A DNA stretch of 63,671 nucleotides, the filler included, from Octopus bimaculoides (taxonomy: Eukaryota), in NCBI RefSeq assembly GCF_001194135.2. It is 7 parts of 6 records of this genome, joined end to end, with 100 filler letters (N's around TTAATTAATTAA, not from the genome) between each part and the next. Parts side by side here need not be neighbours in the genome. Positions count along the whole stretch, not along the records: positions 1 to 21,570 come from NC_068987.1; positions 21,671 to 37,720 come from NC_068982.1; 5 more parts are not named here. One strand, written 5' to 3'. The stretch's first letter is position 1; the number at the start of each line of letters is the position of its first letter. Position numbers and translations under genes: made by a program. The notes below the pieces were generated by a model, which was not told where the DNA came from, did not search any database, and was given only the letters and a program-made list of their open reading frames with translations. This document shows, in pieces, positions 11,631-24,678 of the stretch.

Positions 11631-12816
11631 CAGGACCATATTTAAACCGGGAGTGGGGGGACACTTCAAGTTCAGTAGGCCCCTTATACACAAGAATTGA
11701 AATCTTAGTAAATTACCAAATTTAAATCTCAAAACCCATCTCTTTCAAATAATTGAATTTGATGAGTTAGCAGAGAGTTTAAATATATGACTGAGAATGT
11801 CGCTTTATAGATACGCTTTTTTCAAAATTCAAATTTCATTTTTCACACATCCACTTGCAGTGTTTGACTTTTCCTTCATTGTGAAAAAATACAATGAAGG
11901 AAGGACAAGTAGGATAAGATTTTTTTTTCTTTTAATGTGCGTTACATATGTTTCAGAATGTAGAATAAGATAAAATGACAGAAAATTACAAAAAAGAAAA
12001 AAATCATTTTTGTGGTTGTTGTTCTTCCAAAGACATGATGTGTTGTGTATGTGAGAGAGAGAGATAGTGGGGGTGGAGATACCAACATTTGAAAGACATG
12101 GATTTTAAAAATTCTTTTTTTAAAATGGCTTCCCTTAATTGTTTAGCAATGTGCAAACCAAAAAAAAAAAAAAAAGCAGGGGACATCCTAACAAAAACAG
12201 GAAAATTCAAACAGCTATTTCCAAGTCTGCTTTTCTAGTAAGAGTAGGTGGGGCACAACGAGTAATATTTACTGCATTTTTGACTTTGAAGAAAATATAT
12301 CTTTTACAAATATTCACTGCCTTGCCAAAATTATATCAGTGAAATAAAGACCTCTAAATGCAGTAAAACCTACAACATATTCAGAACACTATTTCAGAAA
12401 ATTGTTGCTGTTTTCTTTGAGCATATAAAGACAAATTTAGGCGGGGCAAAATGGGTAAGACAAGACTGAATAAATATGCTCTTTGAGTTCTCCAGAATTA
12501 AATGTAGAAAAGAGTCTTACACATAAACATCCATCCTTAGACATTAGAAAGATCAGAAATGTAACAACATTTTAAATATCTTGGTCAAATAAATGTGGAT
12601 TATAACAAAAATAGCACATAATATGAAATTAATGAAACTCAACTAAATCTAAAAACTCAACATAAAATATTCTTTATAGCTTCTTTGCCAGAAATTATCC
12701 AGATATTCTATTAGTTACCTCGATTACAATTCGGTCAAATTTGAGGAAAAGTTTCTTGAAAATAGTACTTGTCAACTGTGTTTCAAACTCTCAACATCAG
12801 CAATAACTATGTAAAC

Positions 12817-14560
12817 CAGGGGTTCTTAACCTTTTTTTATCTGTGGACCCTTTTGATTCCTATCTCACTCCTGAAGACCCCCCACCCACCCACCATACCC
12901 ATTCGATGTTTAAAAAATCACATTGTATTTTTATAATTAAATATTATTAGGACTTGTATAAAAATTGTTAGAATATTTTGTATACTGTAGACTTATAACC
13001 AATTTCTTAACAAATAAATTCTATGGAAAATGAATGTTCACAAGTAAAATGAGTCATACAAGTATATATTTATTAAAATAAGATAGTGTTATTTTTTTTT
13101 AATGCATGTCTGGCAGTTGGTGCTGCTCTGCTAGTTTTAAAATATTCTACTCCAATGTTGTCAATGATAATTGAAGATCACCTTTTTCTACAATGTCAAT
13201 TCGATTATGAGTTTCTGACAGTATGTTTGTGACATGGCTGAAACCATATTCAACAAGGTAAGATAAAGGAGAAGCAGTAAAGTACAACTTCCCCACCAGA
13301 ATGGTGGATACTTTGTAGCAGTATCATTTCTTTTCCATACATTATGTTCTCCATCTTTAAATCTTTCCTGAAATATTTCATCACTCTGCAATTCAATGAG
13401 ATTCTCCTGCAAAAAAATATCTACATCAGCAACAGTAACTTCAAAAAGAAATGTCACCCAACGTGGTATATTTAACTTCAGCAGATCGTTAAACTGAGCT
13501 TGCATATCATTATGCAAGTTTTTCAAATGTTCAGTATGCAAGGTCATCATCATGCAGATTACTGTTAATTGATTCCAAACTAGGAAATTATAATAATACA
13601 CAACATACAATATTTATTTTCTAGAGCTGTACTTTCCCTAGAAAAGCAGTAATCGCTCCTTTGGAGGATAGGAGATCAGAGTTTTTCTCCTTGAAGCTGT
13701 TTGTTAATCAAATTAATTTTATCAAATATATCTTATAAATAAAATATATCACATTTATCTGCAACCATTTGTTGGCTGAGATTGTTGTTAGCCAAGAACG
13801 AAACAATAGTATACCAAAGTGCAAAAAAAAGGACACAGACAATTTACCTTTTCCATCTCATCTCTGTGAATTATAAAACATTCAAACTCTTCATTTTGAC
13901 TACAGAATTCATGAAAGATGCGGTCTTGTAAATAATATTACAATATTAAGGCATCGTGCAGATGTGCACTTAATTGTTTTGCAAGTAAGTATTGCTGGTG
14001 TTATCACACAGTGGATACAAAATACAGCATTTGTTAAATTGGCAGTAAAACCTCTGTATCTGCCAATCATAGATGGAGCATTGTCATTAGCACAAGCTAT
14101 TATATATCTGAGGGAAATATTACAGCGTCTTTGAAAAGTGTTTTGCCTTTAGTGTCTGTTTTAAGACATCTGACAAAAAGAATTTTCTCTCAGAATTCAT
14201 TACTATCCAAAAAAAAAACAATCATATGCCAATAAAATAGCTTTACTATCTCTCAGGGTAGATTCATCAGGTTGAAGAGGACATTTCTGTACTTGTGATT
14301 TGGCTACTAGTTGCTTTTCTACATCTTAGCCATTTCATCAATGCACCGTGACACTGATGAGTTACTTGATGGAATCTTACAAGTAATTTCATTAGCGTTT
14401 TGTTTCATAAATGATGAAATTATGACAGATACCGCTGGCAAAAATTACAATTTCACCAATATTATGGGGTTTCCCACTCTTTGCTATAATTTTAGAAATT
14501 TCATAGGATGCCAGTCAACCAATATATTTTTTTCATAACTGATTACTAAATAATTGATTC
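12817..14560 (-). mobile_element. hAT (Charlie/Buster-like) transposase remnant
   Basis: TIR-like caggggttcttaacct at 12817. Minus-strand fragments read LQPDEST, CANDNAPSMIG, IHCVI, ENLIELQSD and HNRIDIVEKGDLQLSLT. Many stops and frameshifts. Confidence 0.85.
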
Positions 14561-15789
14561 ACCATTTTTCTTGCTTGAAATTCATTGCACTGTTTTCTTA
14601 GATATTCTATTGGATTGTTTTACTTGTTTTTGAGCTTGGTCTCTGAATGGATTTTAAGCTTCATGTTATCATTTGATAGTACATCCATACACATGAGACA
14701 TGTTGGTTTTGTTTCATTCTGTGGTGACAGAATACAGCCATACAGTATTCAATGGACATTTCTTCTTAGTCAGAGGGGCAGAATTTTGATTTAAGCACCT
14801 TATATAATCCCTCGTAACTATTCTATCTTTTGGAATTTCAAGAAAATTTTTGCAGATTTGTCTTCTACACAAGAGAATTTAAAAAATTAGGCAAATAAAA
14901 TTTTTGTGTGTGATTTAGACAATTTAGGCATTACTTTTAGTACATCGCACAACCACCTGTTACCTTCCTCATTTCTTTGTCACTATGATGTATTGGTATT
15001 GTTCAAGAGTGGTCCATTGCTAGACTTTAAGCAAAAAATTTTGAGTGTCTGTATTTTAAACTCTTATTTAAAAAAAAAAAAATTGAAAAGAAGTAGGAAA
15101 TTTAAAGATTTATGGGATTTTAAAAAAATTAAAAAGATTTTTTTTTCTTTTGCAATAAGTATATGAATTCCAGTGCAGTAGAATACAAATTCACAAGAAT
15201 TTTCTGAAAATTCCAAAAAATAAAAGCCATGACTACCTGCTACCTTCATTTTTACTCTTTGTTGTATTTTTTTTTTATAATCAGAGTTTAAAATATAGAT
15301 AGTCTGAAGTTTTGGCTCAAATCCCACCCTTGGGTGCATCATCACTCCACTAAATGTGTTTATGGGGAGAAAAATATTGAAAAATATTAATACATGCCAG
15401 TGACAAAGAAACGAAGAAGGTACTAAAAATAACAGCTAAATTGTCCTTAAATCACACATAATTTTTTTTTATAATCTTTTGAATTCTAATGTGTAGAAGA
15501 CAAATTCACAAAAGTTCTGAAAATTCCAGAACATAAAAAAAAGTTATATACAATATTATATCTATCAGTAATGGATTCAAATAATTGTAAATTTCTTTTC
15601 TTAGAACATATGTTAAAATACCAGTTATAGAAGATATGAAAAAGTTCTTACCTTTATCCTAAAAAACTGAGATCAGTCTTGCACGAAAATATGTTGAAAA
15701 CAACTTGTTGCTAAGAACTGAGATCTTTCTTGTGTGAATTGTCTGTGTCTGTCTGTCTGTCTGTCTCTCTCTCTCCCATATATATATAT

Positions 15790-15960
15790 ACTACTCAGGA
15801 AGAGACTATTCTAGAGTACGTTCTGCCTTATCTTCGAAACGTCTAGTTAGAATAGAGGCAGCTGATGAAGGATTAATTCCAAGTGGCTATCTGTTTTCCT
15901 ATGTGTTTGTTCCGTTGTCTGTAGTTCATTTTTCTAACATCCTGTACCTTGATATGCATC
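15790..15960 (+). mobile_element. Penelope-like terminal-repeat remnant with degenerate hammerhead-like motif
   Basis: cttcgaaacgtc followed by gcagctgatgaagg; similar layout to 41860-42010 (-). Confidence 0.45.
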
Positions 15961-16280
15961 TATATACACATGTAGATTTAAGTATGTACATATATATGGG
16001 TATACATGCATACATATTCTTTGTATTATTTATATATATATATATATATATATAAAGTACACACACATGCACATGTATCTATGTATACACACACATATAT
16101 AGCCACACATATTTGTATGCATATACACACGTGTGTGTGCATAGATAGATAGTCCAACAAATAGATAAATGTATACAAACGTACATACAAAAGCACACAC
16201 ATTTATATATGCATATATACATACACACACACACACACACGCGTAGTACTTCAATAAATATTCTCTGGGGAGATCAATGC

Positions 16281-16321
<41 letters not shown>

Positions 16322-16873
16322 AAGTGTGTATGTGTGTAATTAAGCCCTTAGCCAATTGCTGTCGCCAGTCAATATGTCTAGAACACTTTTGAAAGAACTG
16401 TGTGTGTGTGCCTTTAACTGCTGTTGGTCAAGCCAAAGTCAAGCTCAGTCATGCAGTTGAAAGAAGGAATTTGTCCTAGAGGCAAGTAACATTTTTTTAT
16501 CAATCTCTTTATACATTCATACTTACACAAACACTCACAGATACATACATCATCAGGAGTGTTCTGTTGTTTACCTTTTCTCTTTTGTCCCAAAATTAAG
16601 TGCTTTGGAACTGGCTGTTTTAATTGAGTTATTTGGTGTCTCTAAAGTGGCAAAATCTATTTTTACTTATCATAAAAAGAGGATCCATTACATTTTTTAA
16701 GAAGTCAAGACACCTTTATATATTGAAAGAGGGCCTCTTCATGCCTAAGTGCTGGGGGGGGGAAGCCTCCCTGTATTGAGTGCTACATACCCTTCTTAGC
16801 AGGGGCCCCCCCCCCTCAATATCTAGATGCTTGGGGCAATTGCACCCTCCACCACCACATAAATCTGGCCCTG

Positions 16874-17130
16874 ATATTGGACAGCAGCCCAGTATCTTCC
16901 ATGGTGTATATGGGGGCCATGGAATTGGTTCCCAAAATGAAGAGGGAACAAGGCTACTGGAGTTCTGTGATGCAAATAACCTATTGATCTGCAACAACAA
17001 CTTCAGGAAGCCAGTCAGCCAACTGATAATCTACCAATCAGGTGACTATGCTAGCCAGATCAATTACATTCTCACCAGACATCGGAATGTGTGGTTGCTC
17101 CTAAATACAAAGACCTCCCTGATTAAGAAT
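16874..17130 (+). mobile_element. RTE LINE endonuclease fragment, 3' half of the split copy
   Basis: IGQQPSIFHGVYGGHGIGSQNEEGTRLLEFCDANNLLICN..FRK..QINYIL continues directly from FNGHVG at 11630. Confidence 0.9.
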
Positions 17131-18884
17131 GTGCCATGAGGTAAAGAGTGAAAGTAAAAATGTACAAGATGACACTTCCTTACTCCTATTTATTTTTATT
17201 TATTTTTGCCAGATTTTCTCTTAATTTAATCTGTTTCACTCCCTAGCCTCATACTTTTAATATTTCCTCAATTTAGGACATTCTTGGAGATGTCTGATGT
17301 AATAGAGAACCAGATTAAATGCATTACAGTATTTAGTTTCTTCTCTCTAGATTTTTAGTGCAAATCCTTTAATTAAATAAATACCAATTGTATATTTGGG
17401 TCACTTCAGTTTGCTGTACACTTCAAGTTTTAGTTGAAGGAGCATGAAAATTGGAGTGAAAGTGAATGGGAAAGTAACTGGATATTTGAAACATCTGCAA
17501 AAGTGACAGGTATTAACATGAGGATGGCACCTGCTATTTACTGATGGATGAATCTGTAAAAATTTCATTTTCCAAGCTGAGATTTGAAACTGAATCTAAG
17601 GATTCTCACTCACCCTATCCACCACTGGCCGAACAGGCGCAATAGAAATTTCTTTGTCCTGTCAAAAAGTGACGGATGGATTTCTATTTGATCTCCTACC
17701 TGAGCTGTGTCACTGAAGATTCAACTGGACAGCAGGTGACCTAGATAAGTAGAAACTACTTCTATGGTATATCTATTTTTCTACCCTAGGATGACTGTTA
17801 TACGGTTTCCTTAGGCACAAAGATAAGCAGATGGCTTGCAACAGTCAAGCAGCCAACAGAGAGCCACATAGTCAGCATGAGCGAATGATGATAACTAACG
17901 ACACAACCCAACCAAATGGCCAACGCACACACAGACTCAAAATATGCCATGTACTTTGTCATCAAATTAACATTCTACTTCCACTGTTGTTTCTTTTACT
18001 TCATGTAGCGGCCTTCATTGATATTGTAAATCAAACCTTGTGTATCCAACAAGTAAATGCAAGTGTTGATCAAATAAATTACCATATTTGCCAGTGTATT
18101 AACCACACTTTTTTTCCAGCGGGAAAAATCCAGGAAAATTGGGGTGCGGTTTATACATGGGCACAAGAAAAAGTCTGTTTAAAACCCGAACATTATTTCA
18201 TGTAAATTATCCAAGATTCACATAGTACTAGCTCCCCTTACAATTCTTGCTATTAAAACTAGTAAAAAAAAAAAACTGTTTAAATATTCTTATTTCAGTG
18301 TCATCGTCCATTTTGTCTGTCATACTCTTGTAACATTACACATTTCAAGCCAACTTGTGCTGGTGTTGTCTCAATTGCAGCCTCCACTTCCGGTAGAAAA
18401 GTAGTGAGAATTTCTGTAAAGACTTTTGTCTGACAAATGCACTGTGATTGACAGCTGATTGCATTTTACACTCACCCTCTGATTTACTGCGAATTACCTA
18501 CGAGTTTGGTAATCTCCATGTCTACGACATGACTATTGTTTGGTGACCCAGATGTATGACTTATCTCACTGTGTAGGGAAACGAGAGAGAGAGCTGCAAT
18601 TTATTCTTGAATATGGTTGAAGAAAGTCAAATGTTTATTACCGTACATTAGCCTGTGATTGGTCAAGAAAAGTCATGAGAGTAGGAAGGGGTGGTAGATA
18701 TGCAAGTATATATATGTGTGTGTGTCTATACATGTGCTTATATATCTGTGTGTACGTGTCTGTATCTATGTGAATGTGTGCATGTCTGTATAGGTGTACA
18801 NNNNNNNNNNTTTTTTGTATATATTTATCTTATTTTTAGTATATATTTTCTTCATTTTTAGTATATATTTTAATTTTTTTTTTG

Positions 18885-19640
18885 TATTCGGAAGTCCTGC
18901 GGTGATGGGAAGGTGGTGAAGCATGCAGACTTGACGGGTTGGAAGCATGTAGTCAGCGACCTGCATGTAGGCAGCCCGTGCTAGATATAAAGTTGTCTCC
19001 TTGTCGCCCAAGACAGCTGTAGGATTCGGTTGCTGCATGGGTGTCTGAGCAGCTCCATTTGGAGAGGGCACTGCTCACCCGGAGACTGGGGAGGTTCTAG
19101 AAAAGGTGAACCAAAAATTGCCTGTCTTTCCATATCTGGTCAGTTTAGCGCGATTGACGGATGTCTACCCTGCACTTGAAAAACAAAGAGTCTTTTATTT
19201 ATAAAATCTGGACAGAACTTAAACATTTCATGTTGGAATGTGGACAACAAGAGTGATTGTAGGACTGAAAGATGTACTGCACTTGTTGCTCGTGAGCTGA
19301 ATCGTTATAACAAAGGGAAGGCAGAAGGAGGAGCACAGAGAAGCTGGTGTTGGTTTTGCAGTCCGATCTGATATCCTTAAGAAGTTGGAAGAGCTCCCTG
19401 TTCCTATAAATGAATGTATAATGACTCTACGGTTGCACTTGAAAGGTAGGTGGTTTGCTACTCTAATAAGTGCCTATGTACCTACTTTGATTAGCTGTGA
19501 TGAAGATAAAACAATCTTTTATACCCAACTGAGAGCCATACTTAGAAAAATCCCCAATTCTGATAAAGTCATTCTACTGGGGGATTTTAATGCCAGGGTT
19601 GGAACAGACTGGCAAACATGGAACTCTCTAGGACATTATA
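18885..19640 (+). mobile_element. RTE/BovB-like LINE, putative 5' UTR plus endonuclease fragment
   Basis: ISCWNV, TERCTALVARELNRYN, GVGFAVR, TLISAYVPTL and KVILLGDFNARVG. The GC-richer sequence upstream is assigned as UTR by inference. Confidence 0.85.
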
Positions 19641-19713
19641 ATGTACCAGTCTGCTCCCTCTAAGATGTATGTGTGTGTGTATATATATGTATTTATTGAT
19701 CACCCTACGAGAT

Positions 19714-21490
19714 CGGTGTTGCTAACTTAAAATCAGAATTTTATGCTAAATTTCAGTAGAAAAAATACAAAAAAAAAAATGTTAAAAAATGCTAAAGACT
19801 AATTATATCAAAAAGCATAATTTTTATTTACATTTTAATTCACTTTCTTTAATTATATTCAGCATTGAGAAATAATTTCTTGAATATCACTGATTTGATC
19901 ACTTTCAGCTGCAGTGCCTAGGTCTTGACTTCTGTATACATTCAAGGTCCCAATCTTGCTAATTATGTGTTTTGGAATATCAAAGATTTTGCAGCATTTG
20001 CCATATCTTTCCAGGCCATATTTTATAGACAGTATTGATCAAAGCATAGGAAGATGCATTTTGATTTGATTACACCCATACTACTGAACAACCATTCAGC
20101 TTCTGCATTTGAGCTTGGCAATGTCAATAGATTATTGATAAAATTTGCAACATCCTTCCTCCAGTAGTATCTTTATATTCCAATACTTCCAGCCAGAATG
20201 CCTCAGTATTAGACGTATTTGTCCATTTAGCTAAATGAATGCTGTTAAACTGAATTTCAATTGAAGCAATTTTTTCTTCATTTAAATGCATTGCTTCTAA
20301 GACAGGTAATATTGGCTCTTTGAAATGCTGCATAATATTCTCTACTGAAAAACATTTGATATTCCTCAGTATATTAATATTTCCTGGCAAATGGTGCTTG
20401 AGCTCTTTATAAAGGCAGAGTAAAAATAGTTGTGCTCTTTTGCGAATATTATTTTCTTCGGTGGCTGTTACAGTCTTCTTGATAATCATTTCTGCTATCT
20501 TTCTCTCGAACCTGTAGCCTGAATTTGGTTTAGGATGCAGAAATTTTTCAATAGAAGCATCCGGATCAAGAGGATCAATTCTACATGTTGGCAACACTAT
20601 CATATTAGCAACAGATTTGATCAAATTTGGAAGATCTTCAAGTAATTTTGTTTTGTTGACATTGTTTGATTCAAACAGTTTATTCACTTCCTGAACATGT
20701 TTTAAAATTGGATGCAAAAATAAAAGGTAAAGTTCATTCCTAGAATCACAAAACATTTCATGTAATGTTTGTGCTGTAAAGCATTTTTCTTTTGTAGTTG
20801 TAGTTTGGAAGTGAGTTTGCAATTCAAACCATTGGCTTAAAATTCTATTTACTGCTGGTTCTATTGACAGCCACCTAGTTCTACAAGAATTCATGATCTT
20901 CAAAAGCTCTTAATCATTGATAGCAAGATAAAGTTGTTTGTAGGCACTTTGTCTTGTTGAAGAATGAGAGGACCGTTTATAGGTTTCGGATACTAAAAAT
21001 TCTAAATTTATGGGCAAGCATTCAGCACAAGTGTGGGATACTGCCAACTGTAAAGAATGACATATACATCTAAATAGAAGTAATGGTGGAACTTTTTTTA
21101 ATTTCTGGAAAACACCATTGTTGACGCCTATCATTACTCTAGCATTGTCGGTTCCTATAGCCAGTGAATTTTTTATATCTAATTTCTTTTTCACTAATTC
21201 AATTTTTAAGGCATCTACAATGCCATCTGCATCACATGTTTCTAAAGATACCATACTGAGAAATGTATGTACCACTTTTTTCTGAGTGTCACTATAATAT
21301 ATGATAACAATTCCCAATAACTTGTATATCAATATATCATTGGATTCATCTAATAACAGGCTAAATTTTCTAACTCCTATATCAGAAATCAAATCTCCAT
21401 CAAAATATGAAGCTAAAACATTTCTCACGATATTTGTACATTTTGTACGATGCAACTTCACTTTGGTTATGATATCACTATCAGACATGT
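19714..21490 (-). mobile_element. hAT transposase pseudogene
   Basis: ORFs 20910-21488 and 20124-20903 are in one frame, separated by one stop. Motifs FSLLLDES, IGTDNARVMIG, CICHSLQLAV, TRWLS and C-terminal LPSSNAEAEWLFS. TIR-like cggtgttgctaact at 19714. Confidence 0.9.
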
Positions 21491-21531
21491 AATTCTCATA
21501 TATATCTCACATATATACATGAATACATACA

Positions 21532-21570
<39 letters not shown>

Positions 21571-22540
21571 NNNNNNNNNNNNNNNNNNNNNNNNNNNNNN
21601 NNNNNNNNNNNNNNTTAATTAATTAANNNNNNNNNNNNNNNNNNNNNNNNNNNNNNNNNNNNNNNNNNNNTATATATATATATATATATCAGGACTTATA
21701 TTTCTATGTGTACGTGTGTTGTGTTCTTGTACATGGGTGTTTCTCGTTTACAGAGCTCAATAATGACAGTGTTTCATAAAATAATGCTAAAACTAAATCT
21801 TAAATTTGAAACTAGAAGGATACGCGTCTTTGAAAGTATGAATCAATATTACGAGTAACATTTTGTTTTTTAAATTCCTATGAAAATAAAGATTGCCTCT
21901 GAAACCTAGAAAATAATTGTAATTTTAACAGAGAGAACTAATCTTTAGATTAAAAGTAAAAGTATTATCTTGAGAATGTACATTGAAATTAACATCCAAT
22001 AATATATGGGGAATTGTCTTAATATGTTTTGAAGATTTGGCCATTGTTACCTGAAGAATTTTCTAACGCACAGACAATGTACGCGCATGAATACCTTTCA
22101 TCATGATTCAATAATAATTCATTATCTTCAGCGTCTTGGTATTTTTTATAGTTCAAACGGAATTCAGTTTGTACCTACTTCTTTATTTGTTTCATTCTTA
22201 TTGATTACTAATGTGTAAAGAATAAACAAAGAATATCTCGAGAGAATATAAGAAAAATCAATACGCTCTACCGATAACGTCTGCTTTTAATAGAATACAC
22301 AACTGAATCTTTCTCGCATTAATTATAAAGGATAGATATGTCTAAATAATATGAGTTAAACGAAAATCTAAAATATGCGTTTCGACTACTGCCAATATAG
22401 GTAACCGATGTAAGGCTTATCATTCTCTTTCATATTTCTTCCTTTTTTCTTTCCTTCTTGCTTTCTTTCTTTCTTAATTTTTCATAACTATGGGGATGTT
22501 CCGAGTGTTTAATGAACAGAATTGTGAGAAAATATATTTT

Positions 22541-22788
22541 TGAAGTAGTTGTATGCTGTCAACTTAATGTGACAGTCCCCTGAAGGGAATAATACTACTG
22601 TTGGTTAGACCTAGGAAGCTGCACCGTTTCCTGTCGGCCTTGACACATTTCCTGTGTCCTTAAACGTAAGGACACAGGAAATATGTCATGGCCGACAGGA
22701 AGTGGTGAAGCTTACCAGGTCTAACCAACAGTACAATTTTTCCCTTCAAGGGACTGTCACATTAAGTTGACAGCATACAATTACTTCA
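22541..22788. repeat. 248-bp fold-back palindrome (about 122-bp arms, 4-nt loop)
   Basis: Arms are reverse-complementary with about 12 mismatches by hand count; centre cctta-aacg-taagg. Confidence 0.95.
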
Positions 22789-22959
22789 TCGTATCACTAC
22801 TGCATAAATCTCTCTGAGAGATTTAAAAATGTATTATTTCTATAAAAGATATTTTTGTTTTGTTGTAAGCTTAATTACCTACGAAATTAGCTAAGTCGTT
22901 CTTCGTTGCAAGGATTATAAATAATGTACCAAATATATATTCTTCACACACTTTTCATG

Positions 22960-22961
22960 CG

Positions 22962-23015
<54 letters not shown>

Positions 23016-23040
23016 CCCTTCCTTTCCTTCTCTTTGTCTC
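22960..23040. repeat. (CT)n microsatellite
   Basis: Direct. Confidence 0.9.
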
Positions 23041-24379
23041 TCACGCAGGGAATGGTGTACATTACCTTGTAAGTATGATCGTGAATGGCTGCTTACTGTG
23101 TCCCATTATTACAAATTTGGTGCATGATTAAGCGAGGTGATATTGACATATTCTCATATAAAATTCTGCGGGACGAAACTATATAAAAGTAGTAACTATA
23201 AAAATGTGCAGCTCCACAGCGACGAAGGATGAAAGGAGTTTGAAACAAAGTTTTTAAAATCGAATGGAATCTGTTATGAACAACCAAAGGTTACGGCACG
23301 ATGCAAAACAAAGTGTCCGATTAAACCTCTAAAGTAAGAACAAGAGTTGCGCATTCACTTAGACTACAACAATTTATCTTACGTCTTGAACTTCAGGCAT
23401 TTGAAGGAGACAATTGCCCACCATATTGTACAGTTGGAAGCTGAATACACACAGTTACGAAGCGAACATCTTAAACAGCAGATGTACAAGCTCTATGACC
23501 TTTAAAATGCAATTCACGGGTAAAATATCTTCTAATTCTAAAGTTTATATATATATATATATATATGCCATTTGATTTAGTTCTTGCCTCTCTTGGAACA
23601 AACCCTAGACGGACCTCACGATAGATTGTCGCTATGGCAAAATTGTTTGAAGAGAATTCCATGTTTCCTTATTTTTTTTTCTATTCATAAGCATAATTTG
23701 TAATTTCATTTTATCTGATTTAATTAAATATTTGGAATTTTTCCTTCAATAGGTTTTCAGACTTAAGATTCATTCCTCGTAACAAACTTCCCTCTATATT
23801 TTTAACTTCAGAAATGCACAACTTAATATGTGGATTCTATTTTGATTTTAAGAGGCCAAGTTTCATGTTTAGAGAACTGTATCGTGCAAGTTCTTTTATG
23901 CTTAGACAAGAGGCCTATGAAACAAAGTGTGTGCAGTTGCCATATCAAATTGTATATTCAGATTGCTTCTTACAAATTTCTCTTCTTTCTTTGTATTTAT
24001 TGGTACTTACACTGAGACCGCTGTGCAAAGATCTAAATTACTTATACAAAAGGAAATCTAAATTCACACGTGTCCGCCTACAGATATACAGAGTTAAGCA
24101 TATTTAATCGATTGAAAACAAACACATGTACACGCAAATATCTAGTTACTTAAAGCGATAATCAACAGTAAATAGAATTGACACTAGGAGCAACGTTTGG
24201 ATTAAATTTAACCAGTGCATTATTTTGTTAGCATATAAAATAAAGTCTGACACAAAGGTATCAGAGACATACTCGATATGAAAATGTTCATTCAGAAAAA
24301 CTCCATCAATTACACACATATTTATCTATCTATGTATCCATCTCTCTATCTATCAATATATAAACATAACAGAATAAAA

Positions 24380-24416
<37 letters not shown>

Positions 24417-24479
24417 TTGAATAAATTGTGAAAACATGGTCTGGTTTTCACGTTTTTTATTATATTTATATTTTTTTAA

Positions 24480-24678
24480 ATAATAAATGCACCCTTTTTA
24501 AAGCCTAGCCAGGATCATGGGCCCGGTTTCAATGACGTATGTGCAACCCAGCTGGACGGGACGCCAGTCCATCCCAACGTTACTCATTTTTGCCAGCTGA
24601 GNNNNNNNNNNNNNNNNGAAACCACAATCTTACGATCATGGTGCTGACACCCTAACCACTAAGCCACGCGCCTCCACA
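24480..24678 (-). mobile_element. tRNA-derived SINE, family C
   Basis: Minus strand has ggcgcgtggcttagtggttaggg (A box) and core gatggactggcgtcccgtccagctggg. The head resembles 31703-31810. Confidence 0.75.

Larger units (their letters stand above)
11631..16873. mobile_element. hAT-like (Tip100-type TIR) non-autonomous element with nested insertions
   Basis: Left end caggaccatattta matches the reverse complement of the right end, cagggccagattta, at 12/14. Flanking 8-mers are atgtcgga (11623-11630) and atattgga (16874-16881). RTE coding resumes on the far side. Confidence 0.7.

Noticed and set aside
18465-18580. Minus-strand exon candidate (polypyrimidine-cag ... gg/gtgagt)
   Set aside because: All three frames contain a stop and there is no recognisable protein. 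A non-coding exon cannot be supported without RNA data. A similar donor near 17606 is also unsupported.
21615-21626. TTAATTAATTAA palindrome, recurring at 37765, 46348, 49062, 52171 and 61423
   Set aside because: It always sits between two runs of about 44 N, making a 100-bp unit, and gives stops in all six frames. It is an assembly gap placeholder, not biology.
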